The translations under genes and the position numbers were made by a program. 64,000 bases of DNA from Octopus vulgaris (lineage: Eukaryota), in the NCBI GenBank assembly GCA_951406725.2, contig OX597826.1, positions 45,880,001 to 45,944,000 of the forward strand, given 5' to 3'. The notes below the pieces were generated by a model. The model was not told the DNA's origin. It did not search any database and saw only the letters and a list, made by a program, of their open reading frames with translations. Shown here one piece after another: positions 39,850 to 52,079 of the stretch; the first letter of the stretch is position 1; every line of letters starts with the position of its first letter.

Positions 39850-41520
39850 TGATAGTGATGTGGTTCTTCTGTATAAGGAGGACCTCTAGGTATAATCTAG
39901 GAACCCCACCGTCCAAGATCTCCTTGAACACCAAGGGCAAGTGCCCACTCTGATTCCTTTTCTCCGACTCTCAGGTTTGCACTTAGCGGTACTATCTACT
40001 CTTGCCAATTTCGTAACTTTTTCCCACCTTTCAATAAATTTACGTGAGGACAGCACCTCCCTCTTCGAGAGCCCTACCAAAGAGGACTGTATCTGCGCTT
40101 ATGCCTTTAAATCTCGTCCACCAGACAACCTCTTTCGCCACCGCCACCAGGCAAACGAAAACTACCTTATCCATCAGATTGCTCTAAAACCCTCAGAACA
40201 CACACATGCATGATCGAATACTAACTATGCTCTGCCCATTTGGCTATCCATCATCCTCGGGTAGCGGAGAAATTATCGCTAAGGACTCGGCTGATAGACG
40301 CATCCGTCCCACACGAAGAGCAATTGTTCGACATTAACCCTCAAGTTAGTTATATTCGGCCGCTGAGCGAGTGCATGGAAAACTAATAGGTTGTTCAGCA
40401 TACATCTCGGGCAGGTGCTGGTGACGGCACTGCCATACTTGTGGAGAGTATCCTGAACCGGCAATGACCCCGTTAGCACTGCCAATCAAAGGATTACCGG
40501 AAATTATCCAAGGGCCCCGACACGAAGTTCTTCCGGAACAGACTAGCCAGTTGATCCTCGTCGATGCCTAGAGTCTCCTCGAGTACATCATAGCTTGCCT
40601 ACCACTAAATCTCTATAGAACGCCAAAGTGGAATTTCCACTGGCTGCAGTGCTCAACTAGCGAAAGGCTGTGAGCATCTGATGGTACTTCAGGCACCCTA
40701 CCTCAATCCACGCTTGATCCAGGACTGCAGCTCAGTCTAAGAGATGAGCTGCCGAAAAGCGAGTCTGACAAACGGCGACCACATCAATTCATGAAAACAT
40801 TGGAGATGTCGTAGCCTCAGTGCATGTCTGCACATCATCAGCCACGGCATGCCTAGTCCTCCACTCAGCAGGTGTCGACAACAGAAAGTGGGCGAGGAGC
40901 ATTGCAGTTTGATCAAACATGAACTGGGAAAGGCACGACGGTCAGGCGGTAGTATAGGGCAACATCAATGTATGCATTGACCATCACAGCCCGAGCGTTC
41001 TCTTAGGCCCATTTCTGGATAAGACTAGCTACCCTGCTTGTTATCTCTCCTAGTTCTTCTGCGCATAGAGATTTGTACCAAGCTAGATCCCGAGCAATTT
41101 AACCGGTCCGTCCGTCCAGCGCTCCACGACGTTCTTGGATAACATGGATCTGCCTGAAGGTTCACTAATTTTTCTTGGTTGATTTTTACTCTTGTTACTG
41201 CCTTGTATTTCCTTAGAGGAGTGCCGATCAATGTACGCTGTACGATGTTTGACAGACACGATGATGGTAACGTCGTCTACGTATGCTAACACTTTTTACC
41301 CGTGTCCTAGATTGCGCGGTATGCCACTCAATGTCTCTAATTTCCGCAGAAGTGGCTCATGAGTCAGTACATTCAAAAGACACGAATAGGGACAACCTCT
41401 TGACTGACCGAGGGTTTGAAACTAAGTGGTTCCGACAGGTAACCAGTCATCCAAACTACCAAGCAGATACCAGTGCACAAATTAGGCACGGAAACAGGCC
41501 GCCGTGGGAACATCTAAAGT
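39850..41520 (-). mobile_element. Decayed Tx1/L1-clade LINE ORF2 fragment (RT plus C-terminal Zn knuckle)
   Basis: LAYVDDVTIIVS, WTDGPVKLLGI, LPVQDTLHKYGSAVTSTCPRCM...HAL, REVLSSRKFIERW; multiple frameshifts. Confidence 0.82.
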
Positions 41521-41940
41521 AGTTTCAAATTTTGGCACAAAGAAAGCAATTTTAGGAGAGGGGTTTTCGTTAATTACATCGAGTCCAGTATTGGCTGGTG
41601 CTTTATTTTATCGACCCCGAAAGGATGAAAGGCAAAGTTAACCTTGTCGGCATCCGATTTCAGTACTAAAGTACCAAAGAAATGCCGCTAAGATTTTATC
41701 TGGCATGCTAACGACTCTGCCTTGGTAATAATGGCTTCAAATTTTGGTACAAAGTCAACAATTTCAGAAGAGGAGTAAGTTAAGTAAAGCAACCACAGGG
41801 TTCGACTGGCACTTATTTTACCGTCCCTGACAGGATGAAAGGCAAAATCGTCCGGTACTGAATTTGAACTTAGAACGTAAAGACAGACGAAAAGCATTTT
41901 ATTCGACGTGCTAACGAGTCTGCCAGCTCACCACCTTAAT
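41520..41940 (-). mobile_element. Two decayed S2 SINEs
   Basis: Two aaggatgaaaggcaaa cores. Confidence 0.75.
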
Positions 41941-42319
41941 AATAATGATGATGATGATGATGATGATGGTGACAATGATGATGAAGAGGAGGAGCAGCAG
42001 CAGCAGCAGAAAGAAGAAAAAGAAGAGGAGACGGTGTAAGACATGAATAGGCAGTCCAGATGACGCAAGTTCGTAGTCATGTTGCAACTTAATAAAATAT
42101 CAGAAAACATATCAGAACTGAAGATATATATACATAAATATAAATATATATATATATATATTTATGTATATAGTAATCGTGTATTTTGAGTAGCTTTTTT
42201 CTCTCCCACTCAACAAATCCCCACCACATTCTAACACACATAAATCAATAAACAAAAGATTAGATTTTATAGATAACATTAAATAAACACGCTTTTCATT
42301 TATTTTTCTATCGTTATTT

Positions 42320-42374
<55 letters not shown>

Positions 42375-42734
42375 ATATATGTATATATATATATATATTA
42401 CATATTCATCTGCTGTCTCTTCAATAGTTATTCCTTCATAATTATTACCGTCTGTGTGGTAGACGAGGAGTTAGGCATGTGTAAACTTGGTGATAAGGTT
42501 CATATCTAATGTTTACTCTGTCAAAGGTGATTCTGGTCATTGTTGAAAGATAGTCAGAGATATAAAGACCTAACAAGCAGCAACTGAGGAACGAAATTTT
42601 CATTTTAGGGGCTAACATGCGTATTACAGTAGCAGCAGTGGTCATAGTAGTAGTAGCAGTAGTGTTTATTTTTCCTTTCTTTTTCTTTTTACTCGTTACA
42701 ATCAGTGGATGCTGAGGCATCGCTTTGAAGGATA

Positions 42735-43660
42735 TTTTTACAACAGAAAAACAGAGTACAGGACATACTACACAAGGAAAAATCCCCTTCATCAGCTGTC
42801 ACTAGTTCGACTCTAGCGTGTCTCGAAGGCAAGACAGAACACGACTCACCAAAATAGTCCTTCCTGCGAGAGAATTAAAATAAAATTACCTCGCAGAGGG
42901 GTAAAAACGATACAAATAAAACGTAAAAACGATACAAATAAAACTACAAAATAAAATACAAGATAGAAATACATGTACAAGAAAATACAATACGAGAAAT
43001 AAAAATAAACGAGAAAACAAACAAGGAAAACAAACGAAAAGGCCTTTTTCTGGCTTACACGCGGCCTTCAAACTGTAAAGACACACATTTGTGTTCCCAT
43101 GCGCGGCCAGAACCTCCTCCGTCTAAACCAGAAAAAGGCCTTTTCGTTTGTTTTTCTTGTTTGCTGTCTTGTTTATTTTTATTTCTCGTATTGTATTTTT
43201 TTTGTACATGTATTTTTATCTTGTATTTTATTTTGTGATTTTATTTGTATCGTTTTTACGTCCTGTTTGTGCTACATTTTTTTCTTGCTTGTTTTTACCC
43301 CTCTGTAAGGTAATTTTATTTTAATTCTCTCGCAGGAAGGACTAGTTTGGCGAGTCGTGTTCTGTCTGGCCTTCGAAACACGCTAGAGTCGAACTAGTGA
43401 CAGCTGATGAAGGGGATTTTTCCTTGTGTAGTATGTCCTGTACTCTGTTTTTCTGTTGCAAAAATTGTTTTTTCCGTTTTCGTTTCTCGTTGAGTTCTAC
43501 GTCTCTGTTTTTCTGTTGTAAAAAAATGGTTTTTCCGTTTTCGTTTCTCGTTGAGTTCTACGTCTAGTTGTGGTGTCCTGTACTCACGTATATATATTTA
43601 TATATGCATGTATATATACATGTAGATGTAGGTACGTACATATATGTTTGTATGTATGCA
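42735..43660. mobile_element. Fold-back element (arms 42735-43061 / 43120-43465, tail to ~43660) carrying a permuted HHR in both arms
   Basis: ~330-bp inverted arms with a 58-bp spacer. The tail is shared with 38500-38700 and 53500-53600. Confidence 0.88.
43356..43415 (+). ncRNA. Non-circularly permuted hammerhead candidate, family 1, intact core
   Basis: cgtg-TT-ctgtc-tggccttc-GAAA-cacg-(16 nt)-gacag-CTGATGA-agggg. The mirror copy at 42784-42843(-) has GAGA instead of GAAA. Confidence 0.7.
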
Positions 43661-43676
43661 TATATTTTATTTATTA

Positions 43677-43721
<45 letters not shown>

Positions 43722-43776
43722 GTATGTATGTATGTGTATGTATACATATATATGTATATATATATGTATATATATA

Positions 43777-43968
43777 CTCTTTTACTCTTTTACTTGTTTC
43801 CGTCATTTGACTGTGGCCATGCTGGAGCACAGCCTTTAGACGAGCAAGTCGACCTATGGACATATTCTTTGTAAACAATTTTTATGACGAACCGCTAAGT
43901 TACGGGGACGTAAACACACCAGCATCGGTTGTCAAGTGATGTTGGAGGGGATAAACACAGACACACAA

Positions 43969-44009
<41 letters not shown>

Positions 44010-44176
44010 TATATACGACGTGCTTCTTTCAGTTTCTGTCTACCAAATCCACTCACAAGGCTTTGGTCGGCCCGAGGCTATAGTAGAAGACACTTGCCCA
44101 AGGTGCCACGCAGTGGGGCTGAACCCGGAACCATGTGGTTGGTAGGCAAGCTACTTACCACACAACCACTCCTACA

Positions 44177-44179
<3 letters not shown>
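43777..44179 (-). mobile_element. SINE S1
   Basis: Full-length match. Confidence 0.9.
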
Positions 44180-44216
<37 letters not shown>

Positions 44217-44323
44217 CATGCACACATATATATGCATACACATGCATAAACACATACATAAACACATATATGAATACTTATAAATACATATATGTATGTA
44301 TATTTGTGTGTATGTATATATAA

Positions 44324-44360
<37 letters not shown>

Positions 44361-44887
44361 TATATACACACATATATTGCATACACATACATAAAGACAT
44401 ATGATTATATACATGTATATGTATGCATGCATGCATGTATGTATGTATGTATGTATGTATGTATGTATGTATGTATGTATATGCGCGAAGAAAGTGATTT
44501 CTGATCGCAAAAATAATCAAATATATTAAACGAATTTTATTTTATTTTATTTTATTTATTTATGTATGTATTTATTTATTCATTTATTTATCTTTGCGTA
44601 ACACATCAAAACTCTATATTGGATATTAATCGGTGGTGAACGGCACCGACGCCATTTTAGTATTTCTACCATACATAACTGATTATGAAAGAATAGAGAT
44701 AAATCATCTTTTAATTCGTTCAGACAAGAAAAATATATATACATATTGATTTAGTAATGAACTCTTAATGAGTCTTCGTTTTCCCAAGGAACATATATGT
44801 CAAATTGTTAATATTAACGTCTGGCAATATATATTTTAAAATATTAATAGCGTGCTGTCTCACATCTCTCGCTACTCTCTTTCTTTC

Positions 44888-44974
<87 letters not shown>

Positions 44975-45171
44975 GTCTATCTGTCTGTCTGTCTGTCTTT
45001 CAATCTGTCTGTCTGTCCATCCATCCTTCTGTTTATCTAGATCTTTCACTTCTTGTCTCTTGTGATAGAGTTTCGTTTCTCGATAGAATTTTTATCAAAT
45101 TTTATCAATATTTATAAAATATCGTCATCATCGTTTAACTTTTTCACGTTCGAATATGTAAGCTGACTCAC

Positions 45172-45218
<47 letters not shown>

Positions 45219-45219
45219 T

Positions 45220-45264
<45 letters not shown>

Positions 45265-45266
<2 letters not shown>

Positions 45267-45550
45267 GCATCAGTTGAGCACCGGGATCAATGTCATCAAC
45301 TTCCCCTCCTCAAATTGCTGGCCTTGTGCGAAAATATGGAACCAATAATTATATCTAATTAATGCAGGAATCGTTAGCACGCCGGGCAAAATGTTTAGGG
45401 ACATTTCTCTTGAGTTCAAATTCCGTCGAGGCTGACTTTGCCTTTCAACCTTTTGGTACTGATAAAATTGATACCATTTGGGTACGGCAGTCGATGAAAT
45501 CGACTGGAACCCTTCTCCAAAATTCCAAGCCTTGCGCCTATAGCAGAAAA
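45265..45550 (+). mobile_element. Decayed S2 SINE fragments
   Basis: gaatcgttagcacgccgggcaaaatg...gagttcaaattccgtcgagg. Confidence 0.75.
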
Positions 45551-46040
45551 AGAAGTATTGCTAATTAAGGTATTCTGAGTTCAAGCCGTTTGCCTGTCAT
45601 TCGCAGTCAATAAAGTAATATACAGGGATCAACGGTATTGGCTAAAACCCCGCTAAATTAATGATTTTTTATATATATCAGGAGCCAATTATTAAAGCTA
45701 GTTTTTGTTTTCTATTGAATCTGTTGTCGTTGAATTCTACAATTTGAAGGAGACTTGACTACTATTTCTAGCACAAAAAATACTCTCTCGTTGGCTCAGT
45801 GATTTTGCCGTCCTTCAGACATCATTGAAATATGAACTGTATGTTTATTGCCGAGTAAACAAAACTATTACATTGCAGCCAAGAGAAACACATTTATATA
45901 TTATGCAAAATACTGATCTGAATATAACATATGGTTCTATTTAGTGGCTTTAATCCTCTTAATGAGCTTTGAAAGAAGTAATTAAGTAATTTCTTGGAAA
46001 AGTAACTCCAGTTGGTAAATGTGTGTGTGTGTGTACGCAC

Positions 46041-46073
<33 letters not shown>

Positions 46074-46358
46074 TGTATGTATGTATGTATGTATGTATGT
46101 ATGTATGTATGTATAATCTACGCTTTACAATATGCAGCTTCTCTTGATTCCTGATTGGGGATACCGGTCTTACAGAAGATGCTTTGTTCAGTAATGTTCA
46201 ATATATAAAGAATTGACTAATAGTGCGTACTTGCGGAAAACTCTGGAAAACATTCAGTTTAAAGGTTTTTAAAAATTAATGTAAATTGATCGGAGGTGAC
46301 TACGGTGACAACCCATAGTTTCATGTAAACAACTTTGTAACATAACCATTATCTAGAA

Positions 46359-46559
46359 CAGTGCTTTTCAAACTTTTTGCTGGAGCGGAACCCCAAGGAA
46401 ACATTCCACTGGCTCGAGGAACCTCTGTGTAATAATTTAATAGTCTTATGCACACATATCTGCACAGGAGAATTAAAAATTACTGCCGATTTTAGCAGTT
46501 TTATAACTTCTTGCGGAACCCCTGGACAGTACTGGTGGAACCCTGGTTAAAAACCACTG
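46359..46559. mobile_element. hAT MITE (same family as 31554, opposite orientation), 8-bp TSD
   Basis: TSD atctagaa on both sides; CAGTG...CACTG termini. Confidence 0.93.
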
Positions 46560-46786
46560 ATCTAGAACACAATCAATGTTTAAAACGTATATAGATTGTG
46601 TATAACATGAAAGCAGTGCGTAAATTATACACCAGATCAAAACAAACACATTTTTGCTGGGTAGAGTACGTTAGAACGGTGTACCTCAGCTACTATTTCT
46701 GAAATACTTAACATTGATGCATGTCGATGCAGCATATAATGGAAGTTCTGTTAATAAAATAAAGAGATTTCTCCAACTCACTGTCT

Positions 46787-46931
46787 GTTTAAACCATTTT
46801 CGAGCTGACCCTTCATTGGTCAGTTCCTCACCAAATGTTTCGTTGATATCGCGAGCAGTTTTAGCTGCTTTACGTCCTTTTTTGGAGTTGAATAGCAAAA
46901 TTGCTCGAATATCACGCTTTGACAGTTCCAT
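46787..46931 (-). mobile_element. Mariner transposase N-terminal (HTH) fragment
   Basis: MELSKRDIRAILLFNSKKGRKAAKTARDINETFGEELTNEGSARKWFK. Confidence 0.8.
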
Positions 46932-47105
46932 TTCAGATGACTATAACACAAGGGGCTAAACACAGAGGGACAAATACAAACATAAGTGGAGACGAAAAAA
47001 GACAAATGAATGTGAAAATGAAAAAAATGAATAATGAAATAGAATGAAGCCACTTGACCCCACACCCGAGTGACTTCATTTACACTTTTTTTACTTTCTT
47101 TTTAC

Positions 47106-47388
47106 AAACTATTGCAGCGTGGAAGGTGTTTATAAGCCATTTAAGAAACACACAAAACCCGTTAGATTCACTTCAACATTTAAATTTAATTTGTCAAAAT
47201 ATTTTCGTCGCTTTGAGACCGCGACGAAAATATTTTGACAAATTAAATTTAAATGTTCAACTGAATCTAACGGTTTTTGTGTGTTTCTTAAATGGCTTAT
47301 AAACATCTTCCCCGCTGCAATTGTTTTCGTTCCAGCACACGATCTCAGATCCGGTCACTTGCTATGCAAGTACATCTCCGTAATTTTT
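47106..47388. mobile_element. Fold-back element (arms 47106-47210 / 47221-47326, tail to ~47388) retaining half an HHR
   Basis: The centre reads gtcgc(tttgagacc)gcgac-GAAA-ATAT-TT-tgac; the CUGAnGA strand is absent. Confidence 0.8.
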
Positions 47389-48007
47389 ACAAACTTATAA
47401 TTAAGAAAGTTTAACTTAGGCGGCAACTTACTTTCGTCTGCTGTCACGCCTATGTCCAATGTTTCTGTCCCACAGTTTTCCATTAAACCGAAACATTTTT
47501 TGGAGTGGGGGTTGGGGACTTTTGGGCACCTGTCTATTTTTGTTATTGTTTGTGTCAGGTTTCTTGTCGGCACTCTTTTTACCTGGAATACCACAATCTG
47601 GTCCTCCATAACAAGTAGGATGGCAGCTACCAGCCAGACAACATATACCCCAGGACTAACCTTTGACTAACCTTTCGCACAAAAAAAATTCACGATCAAC
47701 TCGGTCACGGATGATACTAACAACGAGGAAAAAAATCAATGTTAATTCATTGATGCATTTGGGCAAGTCTATGTCTGTTTTATGAGACAATTTCCAAAAA
47801 AAAGGTTTTAATAAAATTCAAAACTCTGCAAAAATTCTTCATGGTTCCAAACGTTTCTTACTTTTTACTCAATGAGAGAGAGAGGGAGGGAAGGAGGGAG
47901 AGAGAGAGAGAGAGATAGGAAAGTAATGTTTATCGCCACCTACGTTTAGGTGGCGATAAGAACAGACGGTACTGCTATTTTTACGCCAAGAGGACGCTTC
48001 TTCCTAT

Positions 48008-48119
<112 letters not shown>

Positions 48120-48140
48120 TTATATATATATATATATATG

Positions 48141-48199
<59 letters not shown>

Positions 48200-48244
48200 T
48201 TATATATATATATATATATGTATTTATATATATATATATATATG

Positions 48245-48286
<42 letters not shown>

Positions 48287-48288
<2 letters not shown>

Positions 48289-48468
48289 TCCCGGGTTGAT
48301 TCGGGGTTAACCACAGTAAGTAAGGTACTCAATACATAGCAGAGTAAAATTAATTTATTATATAGAAGGAGCTTCTACAGGACTAGTACTGTTTCATTCA
48401 AGAGAAATCTTCAGGAAGCCCTGAAGATTTCTCTTGAATGACAGTACTAATCCTTCTATATAATAAAT
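48287..48468. mobile_element. Small fold-back element in (AT)n (arms 48353-48415 / 48420-48468)
   Basis: Inverted arms with a left tail. Confidence 0.8.
48371..48419 (-). ncRNA. Type I hammerhead motif
   Basis: Minus strand: gcttc-CTGAAGA-tttc(tctt)gaat-GAAA-cag(tactagtc)ctg-TA-gaagc. Confidence 0.78.
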
Positions 48469-48486
48469 ATATATATATATATATAT

Positions 48487-49129
48487 ATATAGTAAAGCAA
48501 ATAAAAGGGCTAGCAGCAGGCTGCTTCGCCTCATACCGAAGGAATTAGAAATGGCAGTCAAAGACTGTTTTTTCCATTTTCTGTAAGTGGAGATTCCAAA
48601 AACGAAGGCCCGTGCGGCTCACATACACAAAACCGGAGCAGCAAATAGACGCAAACAGTCACTTACCGTTAATAACGAACATGTTTCTGGATCACAAACT
48701 TGGAAAAGTAGTTTGATTTCCTTCTTCGGCGCTATATTCGATAGATTTACCAAATGCCACAGGCCCTCACTTCTGACCCAGCGACATCAGATAGTGGGGG
48801 GAAGTGTGCAGATGTTAAACCTAAGTGATGACGGGGAACGTAAATTTTCCCTCCAAAATTCTGCCATGCGCGCCTTCTGGGTAATCGTAATGGGCCTTCG
48901 TTTTTGGAATCTCCACTTACAGAAAATGGAAAAAACAGTCTTTGACTGCCATTTCTAATTCCTTCGGTATGAGGCAAAGCAGCCTGCTGCTAGCCCTTTT
49001 ATTTGCTTTACTATATACTGAACCTTACAAAGTTCCTGACGATGAATTTGTCGTATTTACATACCGAAATTTACCGGTAAATAATTGTTGGTTACATGAA
49101 AAACCACAGAAAAATTATTTACCATTTTT

Positions 49130-49133
<4 letters not shown>
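48487..49133. mobile_element. Inverted-repeat element in (AT)n (arms 48487-48611 / 48892-49016, tail to 49133)
   Basis: ~125-bp near-perfect inverted arms; shares the ttagaaatggcagtcaaa motif with the 2205 element. Confidence 0.85.
48672..48735 (-). ncRNA. Type I hammerhead-like motif with CCGAAGA core variant
   Basis: Minus strand: atagcg-CCGAAGA-a-gga...tcc-a-GAAA-CATG-TT-cgttat. Confidence 0.65.
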
Positions 49134-49198
<65 letters not shown>

Positions 49199-49200
49199 TT

Positions 49201-49255
<55 letters not shown>

Positions 49256-49258
<3 letters not shown>

Positions 49259-50390
49259 CAATTGAGGATAAAATCTTTAAAAGAAATTATCAGTAGTCAG
49301 CGTGAAAAACCTCGTAAGAGAAAAAATCCGTAAATTCTTCCTCTTTGAAAATATTCATTTATATTATATTGAGGGTACTACTATTCGTAGATACCAACAC
49401 GCTAAGAGGGACCAATGCGGTCAAAACTACTAAAAATAAACAAAATTTTACCGAATGCAAAACTTCAAAACACATCATTTTAAAAAGAATTCAGTTACAT
49501 ATCACATGTGATTTCGCATTTAATGCAGAATATGCATTTCATGTTCGTCAGTGCAACAAACTCAAGAAATATAAGAAAAAACATAACATTACAAACTCGA
49601 TAGCCAACCGTAGAATTCGTCGTAGCTTGTACGAATGTTTATCCTTACATATCTATGAAAATGGCGGGCTTTTTCGCAATGCATTTCGGTAACAAATTGC
49701 CTAGTCGGAATAAAAATTCAGTATTGAACTATTCCGGTGAAAAATATAAATTAACAATTGAGGATAAAATCTTTAAAAGAAATTATCAGTAGTCAGCGTG
49801 AAAAACCTCGTAAGAGAAAAAATCCGTAAATTCTTCCTCTTTGAAAATATTCATTTATATTATATTGAGGGTACTACTATTCGTATATACCAACACGCTA
49901 AGAGGGACCAATGCGGTCAAAACTACTAAAAATAGGATTTTTTCTCTTACGAGGTTTTTCACGCTGACTACTGATAATTTCTTTTAAAGATTTTATCCTC
50001 AATTGTTAATTTATATTTTTCACCGGAATAGTTCAATACTGAATTTTTATTCCGACTAGGCAATTTGTTACCGAAATGCATTGCGAAAAAGCCCGCCATT
50101 TTCATAGATATGTAAGGATAAACATTCGTACAAGCTACGACGAATTCTACGGTTGGCTATCGAGTTTGTAATGTTATGTTTTTTCTTATATTTCTTGAGT
50201 TTGTTGCACTGACGAACATGAAATGCATATTCTGCATTAAATGCGAAATCACATGTGATATGTAACTGAATTCTTTTTAAAATGATGTGTTTTGAAGTTT
50301 TGCATTCGGTAAAATTTTGTTTATTTTTAGTAGTTTTGACCGCATTGGTCCCTCTTAGCGTGTTGGTATCTACGAATAGTAGTACCCTCA

Positions 50391-50398
<8 letters not shown>
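49256..50398. mobile_element. Retrozyme-like element: 496-bp unit, partial tandem copy (49752-49934) and inverted copy (49935-50398), in (AT)n
   Basis: taacaattgaggataaaatc recurs at 49256 and 49752. 49935-50398 is the reverse complement of the array; copies look near-identical. Confidence 0.9.
50203..50266 (+). ncRNA. Type I hammerhead motif (mirror copy at 49494-49557 on -)
   Basis: gttgca-CTGACGA-a-cat...atg-c-GAAA-tcacatgtga-TA-tgtaac; palindromic stem III. Confidence 0.8.
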
Positions 50399-50458
<60 letters not shown>

Positions 50459-50762
50459 TATATATATATATATATATTCGGAGGGTGCTAGGAGAATCGT
50501 TAGCTCGTTAAAAATCTCTCTCCATATCTGCCTTACTCCTTTTCCGTATTGATAAAATAAAGTACCAGTGAAGTACTTGAGCCAATAGTATCGACTACAC
50601 TTCACTCCTGAAGACTGCTGGCCTTGAACCAAATGTAGGAACCATTATATATGTGTGTGTGTGCGCGCGAGCGCGTATGTATATATGTATGTATTATATA
50701 TGTATGTTTTATGTGTATGTATATGTATATATATACGCTTATATATGTGTGCGTATGTATAC

Positions 50763-50808
<46 letters not shown>

Positions 50809-51723
50809 TTGTATATATATGCATGTATATATAATAATATAAATAATATATAATTATATGCATATATATATATATATATTAATAATGCATACTTACATAC
50901 ACACATACATACATACATACATACATACATACATACAGAAAGACAGACAGACAGGCAGGTAGGTAGGTAGGTACTTCATAGACGTACATATACACACGCA
51001 GTCATTTACACGTACGACCTGCTGCACTTGCAACACATGTTCGCACTCGTTCACCAAATCGCTGATCCTGTTTTATGAACTGATGTCAAATGGCACCATT
51101 CTGCGAGAGATTTTATCGTTGTGTCAGTTTAAAACCACTCCCTATTTCTGTTTTTCCAAACTTTCGTTATTCTTTTGCGTTTCCATTTTAGTCATTTATT
51201 GGGCCTATGATATTCATGGAAAATACGTGTTATCTATACTTTATTATTCATGAGATCTAATCCTAAAATAACTTACACTCACATGTCTGCCAATCCTTTC
51301 CCGAAAGAAAAATAAATCACAGAGCTTTTTATAACGACTCAAAGAGGAAGCTTTTACCTAGTTGCTATAATTACTGAAAATAGCAACTAAATCTTTCGCA
51401 AGACTTAAAACTAAAGTACACTTTAGTTAATGTAGTCCTTGATATGTTTTGCCTTGGACCTGAACTTCTTGATTAAATCTACGAAAGCTAATGTTTCATA
51501 CGGTGTGTCTTAGACCTTTTTTAGACATGGTAGAGCCCATCCTTGTCTGAGTAGTTGGGGAGCATGAAAGTAATGTGTTGAGAAGGATTCTTTGAGGTTT
51601 GAATAAATGCAGCAAAAGCAAAGTTTGACGGAAATATTAGTCATTTTTCATACTTTCTAGGGGTAAGCAATTAGGAAATAGCAGTTACTAACCAAGGACC
51701 AAAATCGTGTTACACAGTGTAAT

Positions 51724-52064
51724 CTGAGACCCACTTCGGTCACGACACAGACCATGAGATTGCACCTAGAAAGTTACCCTCCCAGGCGCAAGTCCGGGCG
51801 AGATTGTTTATGGAAGACCAGCAGTCGCCCATGCATACTGGCCTCCCCTCTCCACGCCAACAGTGTTATCCAAGGGAAAAGCAAAGGCCGATACAGCTTG
51901 GCACCTGTGACGTCGCAACTCATTTCTACAGCTGAGTGAACTGGAGCAACGTGAAATAAAGTTGTCTTGATTAAGAACACAACACGCAGCCCGGTCCGGG
52001 ATTCGAGCTCATAACCTCACGATCGTAAGCTCGACGCTCTAACCACTGAGCCATGCGCCTTCAC
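51724..52064 (-). mobile_element. tRNA-derived SINE (S3-related) with 12-bp TSD
   Basis: TSD acacagtgtaat at 51712-51723 and 52065-52076; head gaaggcgcatggctcagtggttagagcg. Confidence 0.88.
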
Positions 52065-52079
52065 ACACAGTGTAATGAT

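Noticed and set aside
47929-47958. Perfect 12-bp hairpin ttatcgccacct/aggtggcgataa as a terminator
   Set aside because: Eukaryotic context with no U-tract; probably the collapsed centre of a small repeat.
49345-49692. 115-aa ORF mirrored at 50068-50391
   Set aside because: It is antisense to the HHR within a repeat unit, has a non-ATG start and shows no recognisable motif.
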